DNA from: Halobacteriales archaeon QS_6_64_34
GTDB taxonomy: Archaea > Halobacteriota > Halobacteria > Halobacteriales > Haloarculaceae
DNA: 64,000 nt
Assembly: GCA_003020925.1 (NCBI GenBank)
Contig: PXRT01000005.1
Coordinates: 4,052 to 68,051 of the forward strand
Direction of reading: 5' to 3'
Shown in pieces: positions 1 through 9,935 of the stretch; within the stretch, counting starts at the first letter, position 1, and each line of letters starts with the position of its first letter. The translations under genes and the position numbers were made by a program. The notes under the pieces are model-generated. The model ran no database searches. It was not told the DNA's origin and saw only the letters and a list, made by a program, of their open reading frames with translations.

Positions 1-1
1 C

Positions 2-571
2 AACCTCAAGCAGGCGCTCGGCGAAATCGACCGCATGGCCTCGGCGTTGGGACTCCCCCAGAACGTCCGCGAGACGGCCAGCGTCATCTATCGCCGGGCG
101 CTGGGCGAGGACCTGCTGCCGGGCCGCTCCATCGAGGGCGTGGCGACGGCGGCACTGTACGCCTCCGCGCGGATGGCCGGCAGCCCACGGAGCCTCGACG
201 AGATGGCCGTCGTCTCTCGGGTGGACAAGATGGAGCTGACCCGGACGTACCGCTACATCATCCGCGAGCTGAACCTCGAGGTCCAGCCCGCCGACCCCGA
301 GCAGTATCTTCCCCGGTTCGTCTCGGACCTCGACCTCACTGACGAGACCGAGCGACGGGCCCGCGAACTCATCGAGCACGCCCGAAAGGCCGGGCTACTC
401 TCGGGCAAGTCGCCCGTCGGACTCGCTGCCGCCGCCGTCTACGCGGCCGCCCTGCTCACCAACGACAAGGTGACCCAGAGCAAGGTTAGCGACGTGGCCA
501 GCATCTCCGAGGTCACTATCCGCAACCGCTACAAGGAACTCCTCGAAGCTGAGGACCTTCCGGCCCAGTAG
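2..571 (+). CDS. tfb: Transcription initiation factor IIB, C-terminal part (5' end outside window)
   Basis: NLKQALGEIDRM, two cyclin repeats (LPGRSIEG, SGKSP), C-terminal HTH SEVTIRNRYKEL. Confidence 0.95.
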   Translation, partial: NLKQALGEIDRMASALGLPQNVRETASVIYRRALGEDLLPGRSIEGVATAALYASARMAGSPRSLDEMAVVSRVDKMELTRTYRYIIRELNLEVQPADPEQYLPRFVSDLDLTDETERRARELIEHARKAGLLSGKSPVGLAAAAVYAAALLTNDKVTQSKVSDVASISEVTIRNRYKELLEAEDLPAQ

Positions 572-628
572 GAACCACAGAGTCGTTTTCCGGTTTGCTG
601 TGCGTTCTTTCACCGAATCACGGCCCCG

Positions 629-743
629 GCGACGGTAGTGTTTAGTTTAGTAGAAAACGCGGAAGAGAGCCAGAAAGCCCCCGACCGAAGCCAGCCGGGG
701 CTTTCTGGCTGGTGACAGTCTGCATCGCCTAACTAAACACCAC
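629..743. repeat. Intergenic palindromic MITE/REP-like repeat, copy 1 (full)
   Basis: Imperfect terminal IRs gtagtgtttagtttag / ctaactaaacaccac; internal stem agccagaaagcccc...ggggctttctggct; near-identical inverted copy at 11501-11590. Confidence 0.85.
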
Positions 744-865
744 TGGTCGAGCACCCCTCCGATAGAACAGCCGCCGAGACCCTCTTAGACTAACGTCGAA
801 TCGCCAGCGGACTGGTCGCTAATGGCTCCTAAACGCTTATCCGTCGCCGCCGAGTCGCCAGAAAC

Positions 866-1639
866 ATGAAACGCGTCCGATTCCGCGACTCCGCCGGCAA
901 CGTCCGTGGCGGCCGCTGGGCCATCAAGGACGGCGAGCCCGTGGTCACCGCGGCTGCCGGACCCTACGGCCGTATCGCGTTCGGGGACGAGAGTTACGAC
1001 CCGGCGGAGGTGGACATCCTCCCGCCGTGTGAGCCGACCAAAATCGTCTGTCTGGGGCGCAACTACGCCGACCACGCCGGGGAGATGGGGTCCGACGTGC
1101 CCGACCGGCCGATGCTTTTTCTCAAGGGCCCCAACGCCGTCGCTTCCCACGGGAACACGCTGACCATGCCGTCCGGCAAGGAGCGCATCGACTACGAGGC
1201 CGAACTGGGCGTCGTCATCGGCGAGCAGTGCAAGAACGTCCCCGAGTCCGGCGCGATGGACGTTGTGGCGGGGTACACCTGCGTCAACGACATCTCCAAC
1301 CGGGACGACCAGGAGCGAGAACAGAACTGGGTTCGCGGGAAGGCCTTCGACAACGCCTGCCCAATCGGCCCGATGGTCGCGACGCCGGAACACGTCCCCG
1401 AGGACGCGACCATCGAGTGTCGCGTCAACGGCGAGACGAAGCAGTCCTCCTCGCGTGACAACCTCGTGTTCTCCGTCGAGGAACTCATCGCCGAGATAAC
1501 CGAGTACATGACCCTCGAACCCGGCGACGTCATCGCGACCGGGACGCCGGCCGGCGTCGGGCCACTCGAAGACGGCGACCGAGTCGAGGTCGAAATCGAG
1601 GGTATCGGGACACTCGAACACAGTGTCAAGATTCCCTGA
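866..1639 (+). CDS. Fumarylacetoacetate hydrolase family protein
   Basis: KIVCLGRNYADH, DYEAEL, GKAFD, GDVIATGTP motifs. Confidence 0.92.
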   Translation: MKRVRFRDSAGNVRGGRWAIKDGEPVVTAAAGPYGRIAFGDESYDPAEVDILPPCEPTKIVCLGRNYADHAGEMGSDVPDRPMLFLKGPNAVASHGNTLTMPSGKERIDYEAELGVVIGEQCKNVPESGAMDVVAGYTCVNDISNRDDQEREQNWVRGKAFDNACPIGPMVATPEHVPEDATIECRVNGETKQSSSRDNLVFSVEELIAEITEYMTLEPGDVIATGTPAGVGPLEDGDRVEVEIEGIGTLEHSVKIP

Positions 1640-1711
1640 CATGGATTGTCGTAGCGATTCACTGGCTATCGATGATAACGCCTAAGTTTAGGTTTACCTA
1701 GTCACTACCAG

Positions 1712-3346
1712 ATGCAACGAGCGCCAACCGACCGGGCAGACGTCTGTATCGTCGGTGCGGGCCCGGCGGGCGCCCTCGTCGCGGACGAGTTGGCGAGTGA
1801 CGGCTACGACGTGACGGTACTGGAAGCCGGCCGGCGCTTTGACTTCGACGAGCGCCAGGGCCAGATGGAGCAGTCGATTCGGCCCGGCGAACCCGGCGAC
1901 GTCTGGGAGATGGGCGGCGAGCGCGACGCCTACTCCAACACCGGCGCCCGCACCTACCCGCTGAACGGTGCCCGCGTGAAAGGCGTCGGCGGCTCGACGC
2001 TGCACTGGCAGGGGATGGTGATGCGGATGCATCCCACGGACTTCGACGCCGGCCACGACAACGACGACCCGGCCTGGCCCATCAGTTACGACGACCTGCG
2101 TCCCTACTACGCCGAGGCCGAGCGGGCGCTGGGCGTGGCCGGCGACATGAACCCGTTCGCGCCGCCCCGCGACGAGCCGACCTATCCGATGGCGGGGTTC
2201 CCACCGTCCTACAGCGACTCGCTGTTCGCGCAGGCCTGTGAGAAACTGGGCATCACGATGCACTCGGTGCCCAACGCCCGCAACTCCGAGTCCTACGACG
2301 GCCGGAGTCAGTGCGTCGGCTATGGCACCTGCCAGCCGGTCTGTCCGTCGGGGGCGAAATACGACGCGACCGTCCACATCGAGGACGCCGAGGCCGCCGG
2401 GGCCACCGTCATCGACCGCGTGCCGGTCCAGCGGCTGGAGACCGACAGCAACGGCCGGATTAGCGCCGCCGTCTACGTCACGCCCGACGGGACCGAACAC
2501 CGCCAGGAGGCCCGGGAGTTCGTCCTCGCTGCGGGCGGTATCGAGATTCCCCGCCTCCTCCTGCTGTCGGCAAACGAGGCGTATCCCGATGGGCTGGCTA
2601 ACTCCTCCGGCGCGGTCGGTCGGTACTTCATGGACCATCTCTTTGCCGGTGCCGGCGGGACCTTCAACGACCGGACCCGGCAGAACCACGTCGGCTTCAT
2701 CACCAGCGAGAGCCACCAGTTCTACGACGACCCCGGCGGCGCCGTCGACCACGCAGAGACCGGCGAGACGGTCCTCGCCCAGAGCGACGACGCCTACTCG
2801 CCCATCAAACTCGAGTTCCTGAACTACGCCGGGCCGTCGCCGGTCGAAATCGCCCTCAACGGCGACGAGTGGGGCGACGCGATGCTCGGCGAGATTCGGG
2901 GCGCCTACGGCAACAGCGTCGCTATGGGTGGCCTGGTGGGCCAGCCGCCCCGCTGGGAGAACCGCGTCACCCTCGATACGACGAGTACCGACGACCACGG
3001 CAACCCCGTTCCGGACATCCAGTGGTCCTGGGGGGACCGGGTCCGACGCACTATCTCGCGGGCCAACGCCATCCAACATGCGGTCCTGAACGAACTGGGC
3101 GTCGACATCTCGTGGACGGCAAATGTCGAGAGCGGCTCCGGGCCGGCCTATCACCACATGGGGACGACCCGGATGGGTACCGACCCCGACGAAAGCGTCG
3201 TGAACCCACAGCTCCGGAGTCACGACCACGCGAATCTCTCCGTTGCCTCCTCGTCGGTGTTCGTCACGGCGGGGTCGATGAACCCCACGCTCACCATCGC
3301 CGCGCTGGCGCTGAAATGTGCCGACCACGTCGGCGAGCGCCTCTAA
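1712..3346 (+). CDS. GMC family FAD oxidoreductase
   Basis: GAGPAG Rossmann motif, VGGSTLHW, HHMGTTRMG, NPTLTIAAL. Confidence 0.92.
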   Translation: MQRAPTDRADVCIVGAGPAGALVADELASDGYDVTVLEAGRRFDFDERQGQMEQSIRPGEPGDVWEMGGERDAYSNTGARTYPLNGARVKGVGGSTLHWQGMVMRMHPTDFDAGHDNDDPAWPISYDDLRPYYAEAERALGVAGDMNPFAPPRDEPTYPMAGFPPSYSDSLFAQACEKLGITMHSVPNARNSESYDGRSQCVGYGTCQPVCPSGAKYDATVHIEDAEAAGATVIDRVPVQRLETDSNGRISAAVYVTPDGTEHRQEAREFVLAAGGIEIPRLLLLSANEAYPDGLANSSGAVGRYFMDHLFAGAGGTFNDRTRQNHVGFITSESHQFYDDPGGAVDHAETGETVLAQSDDAYSPIKLEFLNYAGPSPVEIALNGDEWGDAMLGEIRGAYGNSVAMGGLVGQPPRWENRVTLDTTSTDDHGNPVPDIQWSWGDRVRRTISRANAIQHAVLNELGVDISWTANVESGSGPAYHHMGTTRMGTDPDESVVNPQLRSHDHANLSVASSSVFVTAGSMNPTLTIAALALKCADHVGERL

Positions 3347-3483
3347 AGTCCCAGCAGGAGGCCGGCATCGACAAGCAGCAAAAACGTCATGTAATCGGGG
3401 AGCGACGAGTGGTCGCGGGAGCAGGTGTCGTTCCGGGGCCCGAGTTGGGCACGCTTAAGCCGCCCGGCCCGCTTGGCCCCTAC

Positions 3484-4566
3484 ATGAACCCACGGGACCT
3501 CTCCGCGCACACCGCCTACCGGGCGGGACGCGGCATCGAGGAAGTCGCCCGAGAACTCGGTCTGGACCCCGACGCGATGGTGAAACTGTCGTCGAACGAG
3601 AACATGTTCGGTCCCAGCCCGCTGGCGGTCGAGGCCATCCGCGAGTCGGCCGAGCGGATGCACCACTACCCGAAGTCCTCACACGCCGACCTGGTCGAAC
3701 GCCTCGCCGAGATGTGGGACGCCGCTCCCGAACAGGTGTGGCTGGGCAACGGCGGCGACGGGGCACTGGACTGTCTCGCCCGAGCGATGCTCGACCCCGG
3801 CGACGAGGTGCTCGTCCCCACGCCGGGCTTTGCCTACTACCCGATGAGCGCCCGCTACCACCACGGCGAGGTCGCCGAGTACACGCTCTCGAAGGCCGAC
3901 GACTTCGCCCAGACCGCAGACGCCGTGCTGAAAGACTACGACGGCGAGCGCATCGTCTATCTCACCAGCCCGCACAACCCCACCGGTAAGGAGTTCACGA
4001 CCGAGGCGGTCCGGGAAATCGCCGCACGGACCGACGACGAGACGCTGACGCTCGTCGACGAGGCCTACGGCGAGTTCACCGACAGCCCGAGTGCGCGGCC
4101 GCTCCTCTCAGAGCGCGACGACGTGGCGCTCCTGCGGACGTTCTCGAAGGCCTACGGGCTGGCCGGCGTCCGGCTTGGCTACGCGCTCGTGCCCGAGGAG
4201 TGGGCCGATGCCTACGCCCGCATCAACACCCCGTTCTCGGCGAGCGAACTCGCCTGCCGGGCCGGCCTCGCCGCACTCGAGGACGACGACCACGTCGAGC
4301 GCAGCGTCGAGACTGCCGCCTGGGCCCGCGAGTACATCTACGACGAACTCACGGCCCCGACCTGGGAGAGCGCCGGCAACTTCGTGCTGGCGGAGGTCGG
4401 CGACGCCACAGCGGTGGCCGACCGGGCACAGGCGGCGGGCGTCATCGTCCGTGATTGCTCCTCCTTTGGCCTGCCCGAGTGTATCCGCATCACTTGCGGG
4501 ACGAAGGAGGACACAACGCAGGCGGTTTCAGTCCTCAACGACGCCATTGTGGAGGTCAAAGCGTGA
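3484..4566 (+). CDS. hisC: Histidinol-phosphate aminotransferase
   Basis: KLSSNEN, PHNPTG, DEAY, RTFSKAYGLAGVRLG; ATG 3484 chosen over the track start 2869. Confidence 0.93.
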   Translation: MNPRDLSAHTAYRAGRGIEEVARELGLDPDAMVKLSSNENMFGPSPLAVEAIRESAERMHHYPKSSHADLVERLAEMWDAAPEQVWLGNGGDGALDCLARAMLDPGDEVLVPTPGFAYYPMSARYHHGEVAEYTLSKADDFAQTADAVLKDYDGERIVYLTSPHNPTGKEFTTEAVREIAARTDDETLTLVDEAYGEFTDSPSARPLLSERDDVALLRTFSKAYGLAGVRLGYALVPEEWADAYARINTPFSASELACRAGLAALEDDDHVERSVETAAWAREYIYDELTAPTWESAGNFVLAEVGDATAVADRAQAAGVIVRDCSSFGLPECIRITCGTKEDTTQAVSVLNDAIVEVKA

Positions 4567-5120
4567 GGGTCGCCGTCACGGGCACCCCGGGGACCGGCAA
4601 GACAACGGCGACCGAGCTACTGGAGACCGACCTCGACGTACTCCACCTCAACGACGTCATCAAGTCCGAGGGGTTCTCGACGGGTACCGACGAGGAGCGG
4701 GGCTCCCTCGTCGCCGACATGGACGCCCTCGAAGCGTGGCTCGACGGCCGCGAAGACGTGCTGGTCGAGTCCTATCTGGCCCACAACTTCGACGCCGACC
4801 GGGTGGTCGTTCTGCGCGCCCACCCCGACACCGTCGTCGAGCGGCTCCGCGAGCGAGGGGAGTCCGACTCCAAGGCTCGTGAGAACGCCGAGTCGGCGGA
4901 GCCGCCCCGAACTCTCACTCGCAAGGCTCGTGAGAACGCCGAGTCCGAGGCGCTGGACGTTGTCCTCTCCGAAGCGGTCCACAACCACGGCACCGGCAAC
5001 GTCTACGAGATAGACACGACCGACCGCGACCCCGAGGCCGTGGCCGCCGAGATAGCGGCCGTCGTCGACGGGGAGCGCGAACCGAGCGCCGGCACCGTCT
5101 CCTACGTCGACTGGCTATGA
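4563..5120 (+). CDS. Adenylate kinase AK6/Fap7-like with a 17-aa in-frame insertion
   Basis: GTG start overlapping hisC stop; P-loop TGTPGTGKTT; KARENAES duplicated. Confidence 0.88.
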   Translation: MRVAVTGTPGTGKTTATELLETDLDVLHLNDVIKSEGFSTGTDEERGSLVADMDALEAWLDGREDVLVESYLAHNFDADRVVVLRAHPDTVVERLRERGESDSKARENAESAEPPRTLTRKARENAESEALDVVLSEAVHNHGTGNVYEIDTTDRDPEAVAAEIAAVVDGEREPSAGTVSYVDWL

Positions 5121-5725
5121 CACTCGATAGGTTCCGCCACGTGGCCGACCGCGCACTCGACCCGTTCGTCGGCGCCGCCAGGACGGTGGGTCTGTCGCCA
5201 AACGGCGTCAGCGTCATCGCCTTCCTGCTCGCGGTGGCCGCCGGTGGCGTCTACACGCTCGCCGCTGGCCGACCACTGCTGTATCTCGTCGGTGCCGGCC
5301 TCGTCTTCCTGAACGGCTGGCTGGACCTCGTCGACGGCGCGCTCGCTCGCGAACTGAACGTCGCCTCCTCGGCGGGCGACCTGCTCGACCACGTGCTCGA
5401 CCGCTACGCCGACATCGTCATCATCGTCGGCCTGGCTGCGGGCATCGGGCAGTGGGCGCTCGGTATCGCCGCCGTCACCGGCGTGTTGATGACCTCCTAC
5501 CTGGGCACGCAGGCCCAGGCCGTCGGCCTGGACCGCGTCTACGGCGGCGCGCTGGGCCGTGCGGACCGCCTTGCCCTCGTGGGTATCGTCACCGGCATCG
5601 CGGCGTTCGTCCGACCGACGGGGCTCGGACTGGACCCCATCGGGTGGCTGCTGGTCGTTTTCGCCGCCGTCGGTCACGTCACGGCACTCCAGCGGTTCTA
5701 CCACGCGATGCAGGCCCTGGAATAG
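5117..5725 (+). CDS. CDP-alcohol phosphatidyltransferase
   Basis: DLVDGALAR...GDLLDHVLD signature, several TM helices. Confidence 0.9.
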   Translation: MTLDRFRHVADRALDPFVGAARTVGLSPNGVSVIAFLLAVAAGGVYTLAAGRPLLYLVGAGLVFLNGWLDLVDGALARELNVASSAGDLLDHVLDRYADIVIIVGLAAGIGQWALGIAAVTGVLMTSYLGTQAQAVGLDRVYGGALGRADRLALVGIVTGIAAFVRPTGLGLDPIGWLLVVFAAVGHVTALQRFYHAMQALE

Positions 5726-5787
5726 GTACCGCACGCGACTCCCGGCCCAGCGCACCATTTATACGGGACCATCTCGAATCTCGCCGT

Positions 5788-6315
5788 ATGGTTCAGTGCG
5801 AAATGTGTGGCACGGAGGTTTCGTCTCCGAGCCGCGTCAAAATCGAGGGGGCCGAACTCGACGTCTGTGACGAGTGTACCGACTTCGGCACCGAACTCAA
5901 GACAGAGGACTCCTCGTCTACATCGACCAAGTACTCCACCTCCTCGAGCGGGTCGAGTGGCTCCAGCGGGTCGTCTTCGTCGTCCTCGTCCAGTTCCTCT
6001 GGCGGTGGCCGCCGCCGGGACATGTTCGACGAGATGGACGAAATCGCACAGGACTTCGACGACCGGATACGGTCGGCCCGGGAGTCCAAGGGGCTGAGCC
6101 AGAAAGAGCTGGCCCAGCAGTTAAACGAGAAGGCGAGTCTCATCCGGAAGCTCGAACAGGGGAACTCCCTGCCCAGCGACGACATCCGTGGGAAAATAGA
6201 GAAGTCCCTCGGCGTCGACCTGAGCGCCGGCGGGAGCACCGACGACGAGGAGTGGTCGGGCGGGGAGAGCGACGGCAGCTACACGCTTGGCGACGTCGTC
6301 CAGCGCAAGGACTAG
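5788..6315 (+). CDS. mbf1: Archaeal multiprotein bridging factor 1 (Zn ribbon + HTH)
   Basis: CEMCG/CDEC Zn ribbon, Ser-rich linker, HTH LSQKELAQQL. Confidence 0.9.
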   Translation: MVQCEMCGTEVSSPSRVKIEGAELDVCDECTDFGTELKTEDSSSTSTKYSTSSSGSSGSSGSSSSSSSSSSGGGRRRDMFDEMDEIAQDFDDRIRSARESKGLSQKELAQQLNEKASLIRKLEQGNSLPSDDIRGKIEKSLGVDLSAGGSTDDEEWSGGESDGSYTLGDVVQRKD

Positions 6316-6869
6316 AGCCGCAGGTCTTCCTCTTCGACGTCGAGTTCGGCCGCCAGCTCGTCGACCCGGTCCGCTATCTCCGCGATTTCGGTCTGGAGCT
6401 GTCGGTACCGCCCGCTGCGTTCCAGCTCGGTCTGTGTCTTCTCGACCTGCAAGACGTTGCGCTTGAGCTTCCGGGTCGTCAGCGCCTGGAGCTGCTCGTT
6501 GTAGGCGGCAATCTTCTGGAGCCGTTCGACGACCTCGGTGAGTTCGTCACGTGTGACGGGTTTGACCAGATAGTCGTCGACACCCATCTCGATGATGTCG
6601 AAGTCCGGGTTGACGGCCGTCACCATCGCCACCCGACAGGGGAGGGACCGCTCCACGATTTCGGCCAGTACCTCGTTGCCCGAGACGACGGGCATCCGGC
6701 GGTCCAGCAGGACGACGTCGATATCTTTAGAGAGGCGCTCGATACCCTCTTCACCGCTGTAGGTCGTCCGGACGTCGTAGCTATCGGCGAGGTAGTCGGC
6801 ATAGAGGTCCGCGAGGTGCTGTTCGTCCTCAACGATGAGGACGGTCGGAGGGGCGTCGCCTGAACTCAC
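6312..6869 (-). CDS. Response regulator (receiver + HalX-type coiled coil)
   Basis: VLIVEDE, LLDRRMP, YLVKP. Confidence 0.88.
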   Translation of the reverse strand: MSSGDAPPTVLIVEDEQHLADLYADYLADSYDVRTTYSGEEGIERLSKDIDVVLLDRRMPVVSGNEVLAEIVERSLPCRVAMVTAVNPDFDIIEMGVDDYLVKPVTRDELTEVVERLQKIAAYNEQLQALTTRKLKRNVLQVEKTQTELERSGRYRQLQTEIAEIADRVDELAAELDVEEEDLRL

Positions 6870-6973
6870 GGGTATCTCTCAGGTGCTACTGCGTGCAGTA
6901 TCTTAATGCCCACTGCTTGGGACGGAACTACAAACACGCAATCTATTTCCCGCCGGCGTTCGCGTCTCTCTCC

Positions 6974-7621
6974 ATGTTCGTCCTTGTCAATCTCAAGGCG
7001 TACCCGTGTAACCCGATAGAGGTAGCCACCGCCGCAGCCGACGTCGCCGACGACTCCGGCGTCCGCGTCGCCGTCGCCCCGCAAGCGGCCAATCTCGCGG
7101 CGGTCGCGGGGACCGGCGTCGAGACGTGGGCACAGCACGTCAGCCCCAACGAGCACGGCAGCCACACCGGCTCGACACTCGCCGAAGCCGTCGCCGAATC
7201 CGGCGCCGAGGGGACGATGCTAAACCACTCCGAGAACCGGCTCAAACTCGCCGACATCGACGCCTCGCTGGACGCAGCCGACCGCGTCGGCCTCGAGACC
7301 ATCGTCTGTGCGAACAACCCCGCACAGACCGGCGCCGTGGCGGCGCTGGGCCCCGACGCCGTCGCCGTCGAGCCGCCGGAACTCATCGGGACCGGTACGC
7401 CGGTCAGCAAGGCCGACCCGGACGTCGTCACCGGTGCAGTCGACGCCGCCGCCCGCGTCGACGGCGACGTGGACGTGCTCTGTGGCGCCGGCATCTCGAC
7501 CGGTGAAGACATCGTCTCGGCCAGCGACCTCGGCGCGACCGGCGTCCTGCTGGCCAGCGGCGTCGCGAAGGCAGACGACCCGCGTGCGGCCCTGGAAGAC
7601 CTCGTCGAGCCGCTGCGATAG
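6974..7621 (+). CDS. tpiA: Triosephosphate isomerase, archaeal type
   Basis: [28 protein letters not shown]. Confidence 0.95.
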   Translation: MFVLVNLKAYPCNPIEVATAAADVADDSGVRVAVAPQAANLAAVAGTGVETWAQHVSPNEHGSHTGSTLAEAVAESGAEGTMLNHSENRLKLADIDASLDAADRVGLETIVCANNPAQTGAVAALGPDAVAVEPPELIGTGTPVSKADPDVVTGAVDAAARVDGDVDVLCGAGISTGEDIVSASDLGATGVLLASGVAKADDPRAALEDLVEPLR

Positions 7622-7644
7622 AGCGGCCGCTCGGACTCGTCTTT

Positions 7645-9426
7645 CTATTCTCGTTGCTGGACGAGGGCGTGGGCTATCCGTTCTGCGTACTCCTCGGCCG
7701 TCGAATCGTCGAGCGACTCGTCGCTCTCCTCGCGGACCAGCGCCGGGAGCCGGTAGTCGTACTTACCCCGACCCACGTGCTCGATGAGGCCGCGTGTCCG
7801 AAGCGTCCTGTTCCGTGCGTAGGCTGCGGTCCGGTCGCCGGAGCCACCAGCGGAGAAGTGGGCGTTCAGCGGCGTCCCGGGCCCGTGCTCCCTGTAGTGT
7901 GCGAGCATCCGCCTGGTCTTGTCCGCCATCGCCTCGATGTCGTCCTCGATATCCTGGACGATATCGGGTCTGTCGGCCACGGGGTCCGGCGCTTCGAGGG
8001 CTTTCGCTTCGCTGTCCTCCGCACTGGCGCGTTTCCCGTCGGTCGCTTCATCCTCGGCGACAGCCGCCAGCGCGGCTTCGAGGGCTGCGTCGGACGTTCC
8101 CTGTACCGGCTCCTCGGGGGCGAACTCGTTTGTCCCTGGGTCCCCACTCGCGCCGTTCTTGCTCGCTTCGTTCTTGCTCGCGCCGTCGCCACCGCCGTTC
8201 ATCGCCACGTCGTCGTCCGCGAAGGCGCTGAAGGCGTCGCCGAAGCCACCCCCGGAGGTGGTGTCGGGTTCGGCGTCAGCTCCCGTCGAACTGGCCGACG
8301 GCTCACTGTCAGCGTCACCTCTGAGCCGCTCGCGCTGCCGGCGCATCTCGTCTTTCGCGGTCCGGCCGGGATTGTACCCCTCGACGTGGCCAAGCAGTGC
8401 GTCGGTGAACTGCTCGGCCATCCGCTGGAGGTCGCGGGCGTCCTGGAGTTCGGTCTCTAGCTCGGCGATGCGGGAGTTCTTCTTGTCCAGTTCCTCGCGG
8501 AGTTCCGCGATACGGTTCTCCGTGGCCTCTTTCTCCTCGCTGATTTCGCTGAGTTCGGAGACGAGGTCCTCGCTGACGGATTTGAGTTCCGGCCGCTCGA
8601 AGTCGTCCAGTCCCGGCGTCGCGCCCGCGTCGAAGGTCTGTTTGCGGTGGAACTGCACCCGACGGACCTGCTTGGCCCAGTCGGTCATCATGAACGCCTC
8701 GCCGTCGTCTAAGTCCTCGACGGCGTCGGCGTACTGGCTGTCGAGGATGCGCCCGACCACCTTCGTGTCGTTGTTCCAGGTGAGCCGATGCCAGACGAGC
8801 CAGTCACACTGCGTGATGTAGTCTTTCTTCACGTCGGCGGGGCGCTGGCTGATGCCGACGATGCCCAGCCCGTGTTTCCGGCCGCGCTTCCCGATTTTGA
8901 TGAGCATCTTGCCGACCTCGCCCATCCCCCCTTTCTCTGGCATCCACTCGTGGCACTCCTCGACGAGCATGAGGAACGGCTGTTTCTGCTTTTTCGCCTT
9001 GGCGAACAGTTGTTTAGCGACTTCGGTCAGCAGCGTCTCGGCCGCCTCCTCGTCGAGAAACGACGAGATGTCCAGGATGATTGGGACGTTCTGTTCTAAC
9101 GCCAGTGAGGCGATTTTGCCGGCGTGGTCCTCGGTGACCTGGATGTCACATTCCTCGTCGCCACCGACGTGGAGGATTTCGTACTCCTCTTTGAGGCCGT
9201 AGTACTCACCGTCGATGTCGACGATGAGGAGGCCAAACCCGTTGTCGAGCAGCTTCTCCGCGACGACGCTCGCGGTGTTTGACTTCCCCGACCCGGATTT
9301 ACCCGTGATAAACCCGCGCCCGGTGAGCAACTCCACCACCGGGATATCGACGGACTGCCCGGGGTCTTCCAGCCCGCTGGGCCCGGCGCTCGTGTCGGCC
9401 ACGGTGATGTGTTCAGTCTCTCCCAT
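7645..9426 (-). CDS. HerA/DUF87-like P-loop ATPase with coiled coil, acidic linker and probable C-terminal winged helix
   Basis: GKSGSGKS, DIDGEY, LVEECHE, GRKHGL, SQRPA. Confidence 0.85.
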   Translation of the reverse strand: MGETEHITVADTSAGPSGLEDPGQSVDIPVVELLTGRGFITGKSGSGKSNTASVVAEKLLDNGFGLLIVDIDGEYYGLKEEYEILHVGGDEECDIQVTEDHAGKIASLALEQNVPIILDISSFLDEEAAETLLTEVAKQLFAKAKKQKQPFLMLVEECHEWMPEKGGMGEVGKMLIKIGKRGRKHGLGIVGISQRPADVKKDYITQCDWLVWHRLTWNNDTKVVGRILDSQYADAVEDLDDGEAFMMTDWAKQVRRVQFHRKQTFDAGATPGLDDFERPELKSVSEDLVSELSEISEEKEATENRIAELREELDKKNSRIAELETELQDARDLQRMAEQFTDALLGHVEGYNPGRTAKDEMRRQRERLRGDADSEPSASSTGADAEPDTTSGGGFGDAFSAFADDDVAMNGGGDGASKNEASKNGASGDPGTNEFAPEEPVQGTSDAALEAALAAVAEDEATDGKRASAEDSEAKALEAPDPVADRPDIVQDIEDDIEAMADKTRRMLAHYREHGPGTPLNAHFSAGGSGDRTAAYARNRTLRTRGLIEHVGRGKYDYRLPALVREESDESLDDSTAEEYAERIAHALVQQRE

Positions 9427-9556
9427 GCGTTTGTCCAGTGAGAGCACCGCTTTCCCCATAACTCTCCGTCAGACGAGCGTCAGCGGACTGACGTCTGTGA
9501 GCAAGGGCTATGGTCGTGGCGCGTCTCGCTGTACCCGAGCGCGGGGTTGGGACAGC

Positions 9557-9904
9557 ATGGCACGCTACGAGACGTTCGTCGAGGACGACACCGTCTACGT
9601 CGGCACTCCGGACGGCCAGCTTGCTGTCGGTCCGCTAGCGGACATCGTCGCGGCCGTCGGCGGCCCGGCCTGGACCATTACCTACTCGGAGAGCCAGAAA
9701 GAGCAGTATCCCCGGATGGATACCTCCGACGAGGGGCTCGTCGTCGACGTGGTCGACATGCTCTCGGCGATGACACACAGCGAGCAGTTCGTCGAGACGC
9801 TCGCGGCCCACCCCACGAGCGTTCCTGAGGCGGACACTATCTCGCCGCGAGCGGGGCTGTTCGTCGGCAAGCTCCTGGAGAATCTGGAGAACGGCGTCTC
9901 CTGA
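9557..9904 (+). CDS. Hypothetical protein
   Basis: Acidic 115-aa ORF with host-like codon usage from ATG 9557. Confidence 0.7.
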   Translation: MARYETFVEDDTVYVGTPDGQLAVGPLADIVAAVGGPAWTITYSESQKEQYPRMDTSDEGLVVDVVDMLSAMTHSEQFVETLAAHPTSVPEADTISPRAGLFVGKLLENLENGVS

Positions 9905-9935
9905 ACGGCCAGCACGAGCGACTGTAGCCCGACAG

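Noticed and set aside
1694-3328. Long antisense or alternate-frame ORFs (also 16671-18344, 44120-46171, 49300-51129 and others)
   Set aside because: Shadows of real genes caused by high-GC codon bias; no motifs and non-halophilic composition.
5905-6015. Ser/Gly low-complexity tract in MBF1
   Set aside because: Usual linker in haloarchaeal MBF1 and not a DNA-level perfect repeat.
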